64,000 nt of DNA from the human T2T-CHM13v2.0 reference genome, Homo sapiens: assembly GCF_009914755.1 (NCBI RefSeq), contig NC_060933.1. One strand, 5' to 3'. Under the pieces are notes generated by a model. That model had not been told where the DNA came from. It searched no databases and worked only from the letters and a program-made list of their open reading frames with translations. This document shows positions 1-14,700 of this stretch, one piece after another. Position numbers and translations under genes: made by a program. The first letter of the stretch is position 1. The number at the start of each line of letters is the position of its first letter.

Positions 1-2175
1 TTTGCATTTCTCTAATGATCAGTGATGTTGAGCTATGTTCCATATGATCACTGGTCACATGTATATATTCTTTTGAAAAGTGTCTATGTCCTTTGCCTGC
101 TTTTTAATAAAGTTGTTTTTTTCTTGTAAATTTATTTAAGTTCCTTATATATTACTGGATATGAGACCTTGTCAGATGCATAGTTTGCAAAAGTTTTCTC
201 CTATTCTGTAGGTTGTCTATTCACTCTGTTGATAGTTTTATTTGCTGTGCAGAAGCTCTTTCATTAAATTAGATCCCATTTGTCATTTTTTTCTTTTGTT
301 GCAATTGCTTTTGGTATCTTTGTCATGAAGCGTTTGCCCATTACTATGTCTAGAATGGTATTGTCCAGGTTGTCTTCCAGGGTTTTATAGTTTTGGGTTT
401 TACATTTAAGCCTTTAATCCATTTTGAGTTGATTTTTGTATATGGTATAAGGAAGGGGTCCAGCTTCAAACTTCCACATATGGCTAGCTAGTTATCCAGG
501 TGCCATTTATTGAATAGGGAGTCTTTTCCCCATTGCTTGTTTTTGTCAGCATTGTTCAAGACCAGGTGGTTGTAGGTATGTGGCCTTAATTCTGGGCTCT
601 CTATTCTGACTATTGCCGTTGATTTATGTGCCGTTTTTGTACCAGTACAATGCTGTTTTGGTTGCTGTAGCTCTGTATTATAGTTTGAAGTTAGGTAACA
701 TGATACCTCCAGCTTTGTTTTTTGCTTAGCAGTGCCTTGGCTATTTAGGCTCTTTTTTGGATCCCTATGAATTTTAAAGTAGTTTTTTTTTAGTTCTGTA
801 AAGAATGTCATTGGTAGTTTGATAGGAACAGCATTGAATCTATAAATTGCTTTGGGCAGTATCATCATTCCAATAATATTGTTTCTTCCTATCCATGATC
901 ATGGAAGGTTTTTCCATTTGTTTATGTCATTGCTGATTTCTTTGAGCAATGTTTTGTAGTTCTCATTGTAGCAATGTTTCACCTCCCTGGTTAGCTGTAT
1001 TCCTAGGTGTTTTATTTTTAGGGGGGTGGGGGGCAATTGTGGATGGGATTGCATTCCTAATATGGCTCTCATCTTGACTATTGTTGGTGTATAGGAATGC
1101 CAGTGATACGTTGATTTTGTATCCTAAGACTTTGCTGAAGTTGTTTATCAGCTTAAGGGGCTTTTGGACTGAGACTATGGGGTTTTCTAGATATAGAATC
1201 ATGTCCTCTGGAAACAGGGATAATTTGACTTCCCCTCTTCTTAATTGGATGCCCTTTATTTCTTTCTCTTGCCTGATTGCCCTGGCCAGGACTTCCAATA
1301 CTGTGTTGAATAGGAGTGGTGAGAGAAAGCATCCTTGCCTTGTGCCGGTTTTCAAGGGGAATGCCTCCAGCTTTTGCCCATTCATTACGATGTTGGCTGT
1401 GGGTTTCCCTTAGATGGCTCTTATTATTTTGAGGTGTGTTTCCTCGATATCTAGTTTATGGAGAGTTTTTAACATGAAGGGGTGTTGAATTTTATTGAAA
1501 GCTTTTTCTGCATATATTGAGATAATCATATGGTTTTTGTCTTCAGTTCTGGTTATGTGAAGAATCATGTTTATTGATTTATGTTTGTTGAACCAACCTT
1601 GAATCCCAGGGATAAAGTTTACCTGATTTAGTGGATAAGCTTTTTGGTGTGTTGCTGGATTCAGTTTGCTAGCATTTTGTGGAGGATTTTTTCACTGATG
1701 TTCATGAATGATATTGGGATTTGTTGTTGTTGTTATATCTCTGCTAGGTTTTGGCATTAAGATGATGCTGGCCTCATAAAATGGGTTAGGGAGGAGTCCT
1801 TCCTCATTAATGTTTTGGAATAGTTTCAGTAGAAATTGTCCCGGCTCTCCTTTGTACATCTGGTAGAGTTCAGCTGTAAATGCATCTGGTGCTGGTACTG
1901 GACTTTTTGGTTGGTAGGCTATTTATTACTGAATCAATTTCAGAGTTTGTTATTGGTCTGATCAGGGATTAAATTTCTTCCTGGTTCAGTCTTGGGCAGG
2001 TGTATGTGCCCAGGAACTTACCCATTTCTTCTAGATTTTCTAGTTCATGTGTGTAGAGGTATTCATAATATTCTCTTAGGTTATTTGTATTTCTGTGGGG
2101 TCAGTGGTAATATCCCCCTTGTCATTTCTGATTGTGTTTATTTGGATCTTCTCTTTCCTTCTTTATTAGCTAGCA

Positions 2176-2225
<50 letters not shown>

Positions 2226-3368
2226 TCCCAAACAACAGCTAGCAATCTATGTATTTTATTTTATTTTTTTTCCAAAAAAAAAAGCTCCTGGATTCATTGA
2301 TCTTTTGAGCGGTATTTTTGTGTCTCAATTTCCTTCAGTTCAGCTCTCATTTTGGTTATTTCTTGTCTTCTGGTAGTTTTGAGATTGGTTTGCTCTTGGT
2401 TCTGTAGTTCTTTTAATTGAGATGTTAGGTTATTAATTTGATATCTTTCTAACTTTTTGATGTGGGCATTTAGTGCGAGAAATTTTCCTCTTAACACTGC
2501 CTTAGCTGTGTCCCAGAAATTCTGGTATGTTTTGTCTTTGTTCTCATTAGTTTCAACTAACTTCTTGATTTCAGCTATAATTTCATTATTTCCCTAAAAG
2601 TCAATGAGGAGCAGATTATTCCATTTCCATGTAATTGTATTGGTTTGAGTGAATTTCTTAGTCTCAGTTTCTAATTTAATTGCGCTGTGGTCTGAAAGAT
2701 TTTTTTGTTATGATTTCAGATCTTTTGTATTTGCTGAGAAGTGTTTTACTTCAGATTATGTGATTAATTTTAGAATATGTGCCATAAGGTGATGACAAGA
2801 ACGTACATTCTGCTATTCTTGGGTCAGTAGTTCTGTAGATGTCTGTCAGGTCTACTTGATCTAGTGTTGAGTTCAGGTCCTGAATATCTTAATTTTCTGT
2901 CTCAATGATCTGTCTGAAGTCGTCAATGGGGTGTTAAAGTCTTCCCACTATTTTTGTGTGGGAGTTAAGATTCTTTGAAAGTCTCCAAGAACTTGCTTTA
3001 TGAATCTGGGTGCTCCTGTGTTGTATGCACATATATTTAGAGTAGTTAAATCTTGTTGAAATGAACCCTTTACCATTATGTAATGCCCCTCTTTTTTTTT
3101 AATCTTTGTTGGTTTAAAAATCTGTTTTGATTGAACCTAGGATTACAACCTCTGCTTTTTACTGTTTTCCATTTGCTTGTTATATTTTTCTCCACCTCTT
3201 GATTCTGAGCCTAGGTGTGTCATTGTACATAAGATGGGTCTCTTGGAGACAGCATTCCAATGGGCCTTGGTTCTTTATCCAGCTTGCCAATCTGTGCCTT
3301 TTAATTGGGGCAGTTAGCCCATTTACATTCAAGGTTAGTATTGATATGTGTGGATTTGATCCTATCAA
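1..3368 (-). pseudogene. Disrupted L1 ORF2p (endonuclease + reverse transcriptase)
   Basis: ORF-track fragments 3180-3368, 2294-2497, 963-1385 and 488-868 are collinear ORF2p peptides. Confidence 0.88.
2177..2224. repeat. (TCTA)12 tetranucleotide microsatellite inside L1
   Basis: 12 perfect TCTA units read directly. Confidence 0.97.
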
Positions 3369-3479
3369 TCATCTTGATGTTAGATGATTATTTCGCAGAC
3401 TTGTTTATGTGGTTGTAAAGTGTCATTGTTCTGTGTACTTCAGTGTGTTTTTGTAGTGACTGGTAACGATCTTTCCTTT

Positions 3480-4431
3480 CCATGTTTAGTGCTTCCTTCT
3501 GGAGCCCTTATAAGGCAGGTCTGGTGGTAACAAATTCTCTCAGCATTTGCTTGTCTAAAAAGGATCTTATTTCCTCTTCATTTATGAAGTTTAGTTTTTC
3601 CAGATATGAAATTCTGAATTCTAATTTCTTTTCTTTAAGAATGTTGAATATTGGCCCCCAGTCTTTTCTGGCTTGTAGGATTTCTGCTGAGAGGTCCACT
3701 GTTAAGTCTGATAGGCTTCCCTTTTTAGGTGACCTGACCTTTCTTTCTAGCTACATTTAACATTTTTTCTTTCATTTCGATCTTGGAGAATCTGATGATT
3801 ATGTGTCTTGGCGATGATCTTCTTGTGAAGTTTCTTACTGGGGGGTCTCTGCACTTTCTGAATGTTGGCCTCTCTAGCTAGGTTGGAGAACTTCTCATGG
3901 ATGATACCCTCAAGTTGAGTCCATTTTCCTCGTCTCTTTTAGGGACACCAGTGAGTTGTAGATTGGTCTCTTTATATAATCCCATATTTCTCAGAGGTTT
4001 TGTTCATTCCTTTTCATTCATTTTTTTCTATTCTTGCCTAACTTATTTCAGAAAGTTGGTTTTCCAGCTCAAAATCCTTTTCTCTGCTTGGTCTATTCTG
4101 CTATTAATAATTTTAATTGCATTATGAAATTCTATTAGTGTGTTTTTCAGCTCTATCAGGCCAGTTATGCTCTTTTCTATACTTGCTAAATTTTTCTGTC
4201 AGGTACTGCATTGTTTTATCATCATTTTTAGCTACCTTGGATTGGGTTTCAATGTACTCCTGTAGCTTAATGATCTTCATTTTTATCTATATTCTGAATT
4301 CTATTTCTGTCATTTCAGCCATCTCAACCTGGTTCAGAACCCTTGCTAAAGAAATGATGTGGTCGTTTGGAGGAAATAAGGCATTCTGGATTTTTGAGTT
4401 GTCAGGGTTCATGTGCTGGTTCTTTCCCACC
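3480..4431 (-). pseudogene. Disrupted L1 ORF1p
   Basis: C-terminal motif DLSAEILQARKDW...LREFVTTRPAL; degenerate start GTGGGAAAGAACCAG (MRKNQ-like) near 4431. Confidence 0.8.
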
Positions 4432-6878
4432 TTTGTGGGCTTATCTACCTTCAATCTTTGAGGTTGCTGACCTTTGGATGAATATTTTTTTCTTTTTTCC
4501 TATTTGAAGATCTTTAGGGTTTGATTGTGGAATAAGGTGGATTCAGCTGACTGGCTTCATTTCTGAAGGATTTTAAGGCGGGGGGCAATGCCCAGCTCCC
4601 AATTCCTGAACTGTGTGCTCTAACTGCAGAGGACTTATACTGGGTCCTGACATTATTTCCTGGCTCCTCTAGGTTAGGAATTTACTGTGCTGATAGAGGC
4701 CGAGGTGTTTCCAGACTGCTGGTCACTACACTCTGATGGTTGATGTCAGCCAAAGCATTTTGTAGTGCGATGACTATAGGATCCATCTTTGTTGGCATGT
4801 GCCTGCGGCAGTTGCAGCAAGGTGCTAGTGGGTGCCAGGCTGCCTTCCTTCCTATGGGCATTCACCACAGTGGTGGAGGCAACACAGCTCGGGGGAGGGC
4901 AGGGAGACTTGCTGGCAACTGTGTGTGCAGTGGTGCTGGTGGTAGTGTTTGCCAAGGGGTGGAGCACTGGTGGGCAGAGATTTGGTTGCCTTCTCTGTGC
5001 TGTGCAAGCAGGAGTGGTTGCTCAGGTTTGGGGAGGATCTGCTACTCTCTGTGCCTAGATTCACTCCCATGGCAGTGTGAGCACAAGGGCAGGATGCTGG
5101 TGGGGATGGGGCTGCCTGGCTGTATCCCAGCCAAGGCTCCGTCTGCAATGGTGGTGTGCAGGGGAGGGGAACAGATGAACTGCACTCCTGCACGCTGGAA
5201 GGGCAAGGAAAGCAAAACCTGTCCATGTGACCATGTGCTAGCAAAATGATGTGGGGAGATGCCATGGGCCTGGGGGAAGCTGCAGTGCAGGGAAGAATTA
5301 CGCAGGCTGGTGTGTAGCCACAGGGGCCACCTTGCTGGAGCTCTGTGCTGGTCAGGCATAGTCAACCAATTCAGTTGCTATGATGTGGCACCCGGGGTTG
5401 TCCTGCAAACACATGTGGCCTGGCTGGAACCCCAGGAGAGGCCACCAGACCAAGTAGTGCTCAGGTCAGACCAACCCCATCTGATGGACAAGACTGCCCT
5501 GCAGAGGGTCCAACAGTTCACCTAGGGCTAAAGTCACTTATGGGAGCAAGTCAAGCCTAAGGGGACAGCCTTCCCTGGCTGTGCTCCACTACAGATGGTC
5601 CCACACCAAACCCTCTGGGCTACACATCAGCTGGTTTACTGCTCCTACCACATGTCTAATCTGCTTTCCCTGCCAACTCAAGTGTCCATGGTGGTTGAGG
5701 GGTCTCTTCCTGCTGGGGATCTAGAGGCCCGTGGCACTAGTGGGTTGCTCCTTGCCTGGTCAACTCAGTCATTCCCCTGGAGTGGTTGGGAATCAGGAAA
5801 AAATTTGGTTGCACAGTAACCTGTAGCCCTGTGTATGGTTCCCACCTTCTTCCCCCTTCAGCTCAGCTTCCATATCTTCCCTCTATCCACTCTTGTTGCT
5901 TTCCCTCTGAAGATCTGTTAGGAGCATGGCAGTCATCTTGGTCTCTGTGGGAGCTATTCCACCTCACTGCATCTAGTCCATCATCTTTCCTTCCACCCCC
6001 TCAATTATTTCTTCCATGTATTGCTCATTGAGTGTTGTATCTAAAAAGCCATTGCCATAATGAAGTCATCAAGATTTTCTTCCATATATCTTTTAGGAGT
6101 CCTATAGTTTTGCATTATTAGATCTGTGATCTATTTTTAGTTAATTTTTGTGCAGGATGTGAGGCCTATTTCTAGATTATTATTTTTTGCATGAGGATGT
6201 CCAATTGTTCCAGCAGCATTTGTTGAAAAAATTATCTTTGCTCCAGTATATTGCTTTTGTTTCTTTGACAAGGATCATTGATTATATTTATGCAGGTCTA
6301 TTTCTGGGCTCTCTATTCTATTCCATTAATCTGTTTGTCTTCTGTTGCCAATACCATACTGTCTCAATTCCTGCAGCTTTGTAGTAAGTCTTGAGGTCAG
6401 ATAGTGTCAGTCCTCTTACTTTGTTCTTCTTCAATACTAAGTTGGCTACTCTGAGTCTTTTGCCTATCCATATAAACTTTAGAATCGGTATGTCAAAACT
6501 CACAGAATAACTTGCTCATTTTTACTGAGATTGCACTGAATCTATAGATCAAGTGGGGAAGAATTCTTGACAATATTGACCCTTCCTATCTATGAACATA
6601 GAGTACATTTCCATTCATTTAATTCTTCCTTGATACCTTGCATTAGAGTTTTACACTTTTTCTCATATAGATATTATACATATTTTGTTAAATTTATACC
6701 TGCATATTTCATTTGTTTAGTGTTAATATAAATAGCTTTTTGTCTTTTATTCAAATTCCACTTGTTTATATCTGGTGTATAGGAAAGCAATGAAATTTTG
6801 TGTATTAATCTTATATTCTGTGACCTTTCCATAATTGCTTATTAGTTCCAGAAAGTTTTTTATTTTTTCTGATTTTCT

Positions 6879-8701
<1,823 letters not shown>

Positions 8702-11589
8702 TATTTCTTCAGATTTTCTAAATAGACAATCATGTAATCTGCAAGCACAATTTTATTTCTACTTTCCCAATCTGTATACTTTTTTATTTTCTTTCTTTGT
8801 CTTATTGCATTAGCTAAGATTTCCAATATGAGGTTGAAAAGCAGTGGTGAAAGGGACATCCCTGCCTTGTTTCTCATCTTAGCTTCAAGTTTCTCACCAT
8901 TAAGTATAATGTAGGATTTTTGTACATGCTCTTTATCAAGCTGAGACAGTTTCCCTCTATTCTTAGTTTGCTGAGAGGTTTTTTTTTTTTTAATCATGAA
9001 AGGACATTGGAATTTATCAAATGCTTTATCTGCATCTATTGATATGATTAGGTAATTTGTTTTCTTATACTTGTTGATGTGATGAATTACATTATTTGAT
9101 TTTTGAACATTGAACCAGCCTTGCATACCTGGAATAAATTGCAATGGATTATGATGTGTAATTCTTTTTTTATATTGTTGAATTCAATTTGTTAATATTT
9201 TGTCGGAGAATTTTGCAGCTACATTCATAAGGAATATTGGTCTAAAGATAGTTTCTTTTTTTTTCTTGAAATGTCTTTGGTTTTAGTATTAGGTTAAGCC
9301 TGGCCTCATAAAATGAGCTAAGAAGTATTTCCTCTGGTTCTATCATCTGGAAAAAATTGTGAAGAACTAATAAAATTTCTCTCTTAAACGCTGGTATAAT
9401 TCACTAGTGAACCCATCTGGGCCTGATGCTTTCTCTTTGGAGAGGTTATTAGTTATTGAGTGTATTTCTTCATTGGGCCTATTGGCATTATTTCTTCTTC
9501 TTTGAATTGTGGCAGATTGTGAGTTTCAAGGAATTGGTTTATTTTATCTAGATTATCAAATGTGTGAGCATAGAGTTATTTAGAGTATTTTTAAATTATC
9601 CTTTTAATGTCCATGAGATCTGTAGTGATGTCTTCTCTTTCATTTCTGATATTAGTAATTTGTATCTTCTTTCTTGTTTTCTTAGTTAGCCTGGCTAGAG
9701 GCTTATAACTTTTATTGATCTTTTCAAATAATCAGCTTTTAATTTTGTTGATTTTCTCTACTGATATCCTGTTGTCAAGTTCCTTAATTTTTGCTCTAAT
9801 TTTAATTATTTTTTTACTTCTGCTTACTTTTGATTTGATTTGAACTTCTTTTTCTAGTTTCCTGCTTAGATGATTTATTTTAGATTTTTTCTCTTCTAAT
9901 ATAGGCATTCAATCCTATAAATTTCCCTCTAAGCACTGCTTTTTGCGTATCCCACAAATTTTGGTAAGTTGTATTTTCATTTAGTTCAAAATAGTTTTTA
10001 ATTTCTCTTGAGCTTTCTTCTTTAGATCATGTGTTATTTAGAAGTATGTTATTCAATCTCCAAGCATTTGCGGATTTTCTCTTTTGTTATAATGTCTAGC
10101 TCTATTGTATTGTGATCTGACAGCAGACAATGTACAATTTTTATTTTTTAAAATTTGTTAAGATGGTTTTATGGCCCAGAATGTGGTCTGTCTTGGTGAA
10201 TGCTCCATGTGAGTTTGAGAAGAATGTGTAATCTGGTGTTTTTGGATAAACAAGTCTGTAGATGTCAACTATATCCAGTTGATTGATAGTGCCATTTAAT
10301 TCATCTAGGTCATTACTAATTTTATGCCTGCTGGATCTGCTCATTTCTGATAGAGGGCTGCTAAAATCTTCAACTGTAATAGTAGACTCATCTATTTCTC
10401 TTTGCAATTCTGTCAGGTTTTGCCTCATATAGGTTGACTCTTTCTTATTGGGCACATACACTTTAAGCATTGTTATGTCTTCTGGAATGTTGATCCCTTT
10501 GTCAGTGTGTAATGCTCCTCTTTATTTGTGATGACTTTCCTTGCTCTTAAGTTTGCCCTATGTGAAATTAATATAGCCACTCCTACTTTCTTTTCATTAG
10601 TGTTAATACAGTATATCTTTCCCTATCCATTTATTTTAATTTGTATGTCTTCATACTTAAAGTAGGTTTCTAATTAGACAACATATAGTTGGGTCATGTT
10701 TTTGATCCACTCTGACAATCTCTGTCTTCTGTTTGTTGTATTTAGGCTGCTGACATTTAAAGTGATTATCAATATATTTGAATTAATATCTATATTATCT
10801 GTTACTGTGTTCTAATGGTTGCCATTATTCTTTATTACTGTTTTTGTCTTCCACAATTTTTTCCCTTTTATGGCTTTCACTGAGCGTTTTGTATGATTCA
10901 AGTTTTTTTCCTTTTTTAACATACCAATTATGCTTCGTTTTAAATTTTTTTAGTGGTTGCCCTAGAATTTACAATATATATTTATAGCTAATCCAAGTCC
11001 ACTTTCAAATAGCTCTATACTACTTCATAGAGAGTACAATTATTGAATTTTTACCATATTTTACCATGAATCTCTATCTCTTCTCCTTTGTGTTTTTATT
11101 GGACATCTTATTTTTCAAATGATTTAAGTTTTTAGATAATTCATGTAAGTTTTTAGATAATGCTATAAGATATAGAAACTGTAAAAAGATGATGCTTTTA
11201 AAATGCCACATAAAATGTGTGGATCCTACCACAGCTCATGCAAAGCCTACCTGAACTCTTCTCTATTATTGTAGGCGAGTCTTCCACATTGAAGGTCCTG
11301 CAATGAACAGTCCTCACCCAGATACTTTCATCTCTCTTTGGGCCTCACATGTCTCCATGGATTTTCATAGAGAATAAAAATTACCTCTCTATGATCACTA
11401 TCCTTCAGCCAATACTGGGACAGGACTAAGTTGTCTTTGAAGCCTTCTTATCCCCCAGACCCCTTTCCTCTCTTCTAGTCTCTCATTCTAACCCCTAGCT
11501 ATCAATGTCTCTTTTGAGGAGTTCATCCTATAGAAAGGATTCTTATACTCATTAGATTGTTAACTGTCCCTTGCTAAAGTGGTAACTGA

Positions 11590-11935
11590 AACATGCAGTA
11601 TGGTATTGATGAGAAAAGTTGTAGATTTGAACCCAACTTTGCCTCTTATTGGAAACTTACTAAGCTCTGTTCCCTAAATTTCTCATTTATAAAATAAAGT
11701 TCATGATAGGACCTTGTAAGTGTATTATAATTAAATATTAACATCAATTTAATGCTCATAATTTAGCCAACTTAAGTTTGGATCACAGCTCCACCTTGGG
11801 CTCATAACTTAGACTGTCTGAGTATCAGTTTATCTTCAGCAGAATGGAGATAACAGTATCTATTTTTTAGTAATGTTGTTTTGATGACATAAGATAGCAG
11901 TGTAAAATGCCTTGATCATAGCTAACTCTGAAGGA
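11590..11935 (+). mobile_element. Two adjacent degenerate MIR fragments
   Basis: MIR-core-like text (gatttgaaccc..ctctg..tttctcatttataaaat; ctgagtatcagtttatcttcagcagaatggagataacagta). Confidence 0.6.
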
Positions 11936-12329
11936 ATGTTAACTTCTTTGCCCATCCCTGTTAATTACAGGTTTTTCCAAAATAATGCAGTAGGGCGTAT
12001 GCCTTTCGGAAACTATATTGCCTTTTAGAGGGCAATTTCAATGGACAACAACTTTTAGACCCAAGGAATTTACTGTAATGGTTGAATAGCAGGCAATGAA
12101 GACTAAATTTTGGGATAGAGAGCTATGCTCCTATAATCACATTCTACAAGTAGATATTTCTCTAATGCTAAAATGTTGCCTTACTTTCCACATATTTCCA
12201 GAAGCCCTGATCTCTACATTTCTGAATCTAAAAAGATCCATGATTCATCATGTCTAGAAATGGCTGGTCAAATATTCCTCACTCATCACAGACTACTGTA
12301 ACTCTTTAAAAGGAATATTAACAATGATG

Positions 12330-12530
12330 GCTCCTCCCTCTCTCTTCCAATTGTGACCATTTCCACCTCATACTGCAGCACTTTCATACTACATTGTAAT
12401 TAGTATTTGATCTATCTGTGCTACCTGTCTACTTTGAGGTCTTTGCCAGTCTATTCACCCTTGTGTCTCTAGCACCAATCACAGTTTCCAGCATAAAATA
12501 TGTATTCTATTAATATTTATTAAATGAATA
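12330..12530 (+). mobile_element. L2 3'-end fragment
   Basis: ..ctattcacccttgtgtctctagcacc..taatatttattaaatgaat L2-tail-like pattern. Confidence 0.55.
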
Positions 12531-12720
12531 ATACATCTGATGAGCACTAAACTTGGTTAAGCACAATGCTTGATTTAATCACACAATAATATTTTGAAAT
12601 AGGTATTATTATCCTTTCTAATTTAGAGACCACAGCACTAAGTCTCAGAGGACTGCTGCCTTTGCAAGTTGATCTGTCACAGGTGGCAAAGATGGGATTT
12701 TAAGTCAGGTTTGTTTGGCT
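12530..12720 (-). mobile_element. MIR interrupted at its end by MER63
   Basis: atttaatcacacaataat..aggtattattatcc..ggcaaagatgggattttaagtcagg. Confidence 0.6.
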
Positions 12721-12894
12721 CAGTGATGTGCTAATAAAGGTTTAACAACCAGCTTTCCAGGAATCAAAAGCCCTTCTTTGTAGCATGTGCCAATAACTAT
12801 GGTGTAAATTTTAAGCTACCAAGGTAACATCGGTGGGTTTGCAACATTCCTGAAATTTAACATTTGGCTACAAACTGACTTCATAATACCACTG
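12721..12894. mobile_element. MER63-like hAT (Blackjack) MITE
   Basis: Ends CAGTGATGTGCT..AATACCACTG; 8-bp TSD gtttggct/gttagact (6/8). Confidence 0.7.
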
Positions 12895-14519
12895 GTTAGA
12901 CTGCAAATGTGGGCTATTTCCAGCTTAGCCAACGCTGGTAGTCAGGTTCCTGTCTTAGTGACTTAGGATCCTAGCAATTGCTGCAGCACAGTCATCCACT
13001 ATAACCTTTGACTGCTGATAATCTCTGTATTCCAGACTGTTTTGCAGCTGGTCACATGACTGACAAGTCCATTCATCAGGAATGTTCTTCCTTCACCCGA
13101 GGCCAGCCATCCACTTCAGCTTTTAGACATGAATTAAGCAGAACAGAGGTTTTTAAAGTAAATGCTTTAAGATATGCTAGTCTTCTGATTTCCCCCAACC
13201 CTAAAAAATAATTGGACAAAAGCAATACCCTGTTGGGTTGAGAATTTATAAGGGAGGGCTTCTTTGAGATGTACAGTTGTTTTGAGACTGAAATGGCAGT
13301 CGATAAGTTGTGTTCGTGTTGAAATAACAATGTAATTATGTGAAGCTGCTTATCTTTAGTATCTTCAGGCAGAAAAAATGTTTAGAAAACCTCACTGAGT
13401 CCCCAAAGTTTTCCAGGGATTGTCTGAGACGCCTTGGAATGCTAGCAGAATCCACACAGGCTGATTAGAGGGGAAGCTTTCAGCACTCTTAAAAACTCTC
13501 ACGTTATTTTCTCCCTTGGGAAGCTGCTGAAGAACATGTTGTATTGGGAGTGCAAAGCCGCTAGGTCAATGGAATCATTTCTTTGTGACTTGGGGATTTC
13601 TCAGAGCCAGCAATGTTATCCAAGCTTCATCCCTGTGACTGAGGAGAATTGCATCAGCTGCTCACGGGATACCAGATCTCAGTACGACATCTATTTAAGC
13701 AATGCCCTGCATGGCAGATGTCAGAGTGCAGTTACTGGATGCACGTGTGACTGAGTACAGTGAAGCCTGGTTTATTCTCTTGGGCTTACTAGCAAGTTTC
13801 AAAAAATATTTGGAAAAAAAGTTGTGTTACAGTAATATGACTGTCAGGAAGAAAATTAGAATTATCTTTGTGTCCTATGTGTATAAAAGTTAGTTGTATG
13901 TGGTTCTTTGTGCATATTTGTAAAAATGCATGTGACATAGATGCAAAAAAGATAGGCAGTAGTGAACAGGTGTCTTCAGCTTAATGTCAAGCAACAATTT
14001 TTGTCCCAGCTCTGCTTCTATCTAACTCTGTGTCTTGAAATCACCACTTAGTGTTTCTTGTCCTTAATTATCTTGAATAGAAACACAGGGGTTTGAAATC
14101 TATGGAGTCATTTCCTTCTTTTTTAAAAATTCCTAGGTTACAGGAAATGAAATTAAGCAACAATCTTATTTCAAAAGCATCTTGAACAAGAAAACTTTCA
14201 AAAGAAATAAATGAATGATATTCAAATAATAGTATTTTTTAGAAAAAGTATTAATTTAGGATTTAAGAAAAACTCTGGTGATTTTTTTCCTTTTGGCCAA
14301 GGCTATATCCACATACATCTGGATAAAAGTGAAAAAGAAAATATGCCAATCACCCAGATGGTTCTAAGTGTTTGATATCTGTCATCATGCAGGCCAAACA
14401 CCTGGGTGATTGTGTTCATTTTCACCCTTCAGCCAGATGTTTTGAAACCACGGAGGTATGTCTTACATAAAAAAAAATTAAGCAGAATGGGGTGCAGTAA
14501 GAGGTAGAAAAAGAAGAAA

Positions 14520-14700
14520 ATCAGCAATTTTTGAGCACCTACTCCCTGTCAGACACTTTCTTTCGTATTTTAATCCTCATAAGAACTCCATGAGGCATTA
14601 TCTCCAACTTATAGATAAGGAAACTGAGGCTTGGAAATCTAAATTATTTGCCAATGTCACATATCTAAGAAGTAGTAAAGCTAGGATTTGAATTCTGTAT
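14520..14700 (-). mobile_element. MIR
   Basis: ttgagcacctact..taatcctcat..agataaggaaactgaggcttgg..ctaggatttgaa. Confidence 0.8.

Larger units (their letters stand above)
1..6000 (-). mobile_element. Near-full-length old primate LINE-1 (L1PB / L1PA13-16-like) with 5'UTR, ORF1 and most of ORF2; 3' end lies left of the window; inactive
   Basis: Minus-strand fragments match L1 ORF2 (MIGSNPHISILTLNVNGL endonuclease start at 3368; [17 protein letters not shown] region at 963-1385; ILPKAIYRFNAVPIKLP at 488-868) and ORF1 (DLSAEILQARKDWGPIFNILKEK, 3508-3699). GC-richer 5'UTR at ~4430-6000 ends in a degenerate AAGATGG..GACTAG-type L1 5' terminus. Many stops and frameshifts. Confidence 0.93.

Noticed and set aside
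4740-5525. Cluster of overlapping 70-170-aa ORFs
   Set aside because: They lie in the GC-richer L1 5'UTR, where stop codons are scarcer; no recognisable domain
11125-11161. 16-bp direct repeat TAAGTTTTTAGATAAT with a short spacer
   Set aside because: Ordinary small local duplication; two units only, not an array
13536-13754. Cys-rich 72-aa ORF
   Set aside because: No recognisable domain spacing or exon context; length within chance expectation
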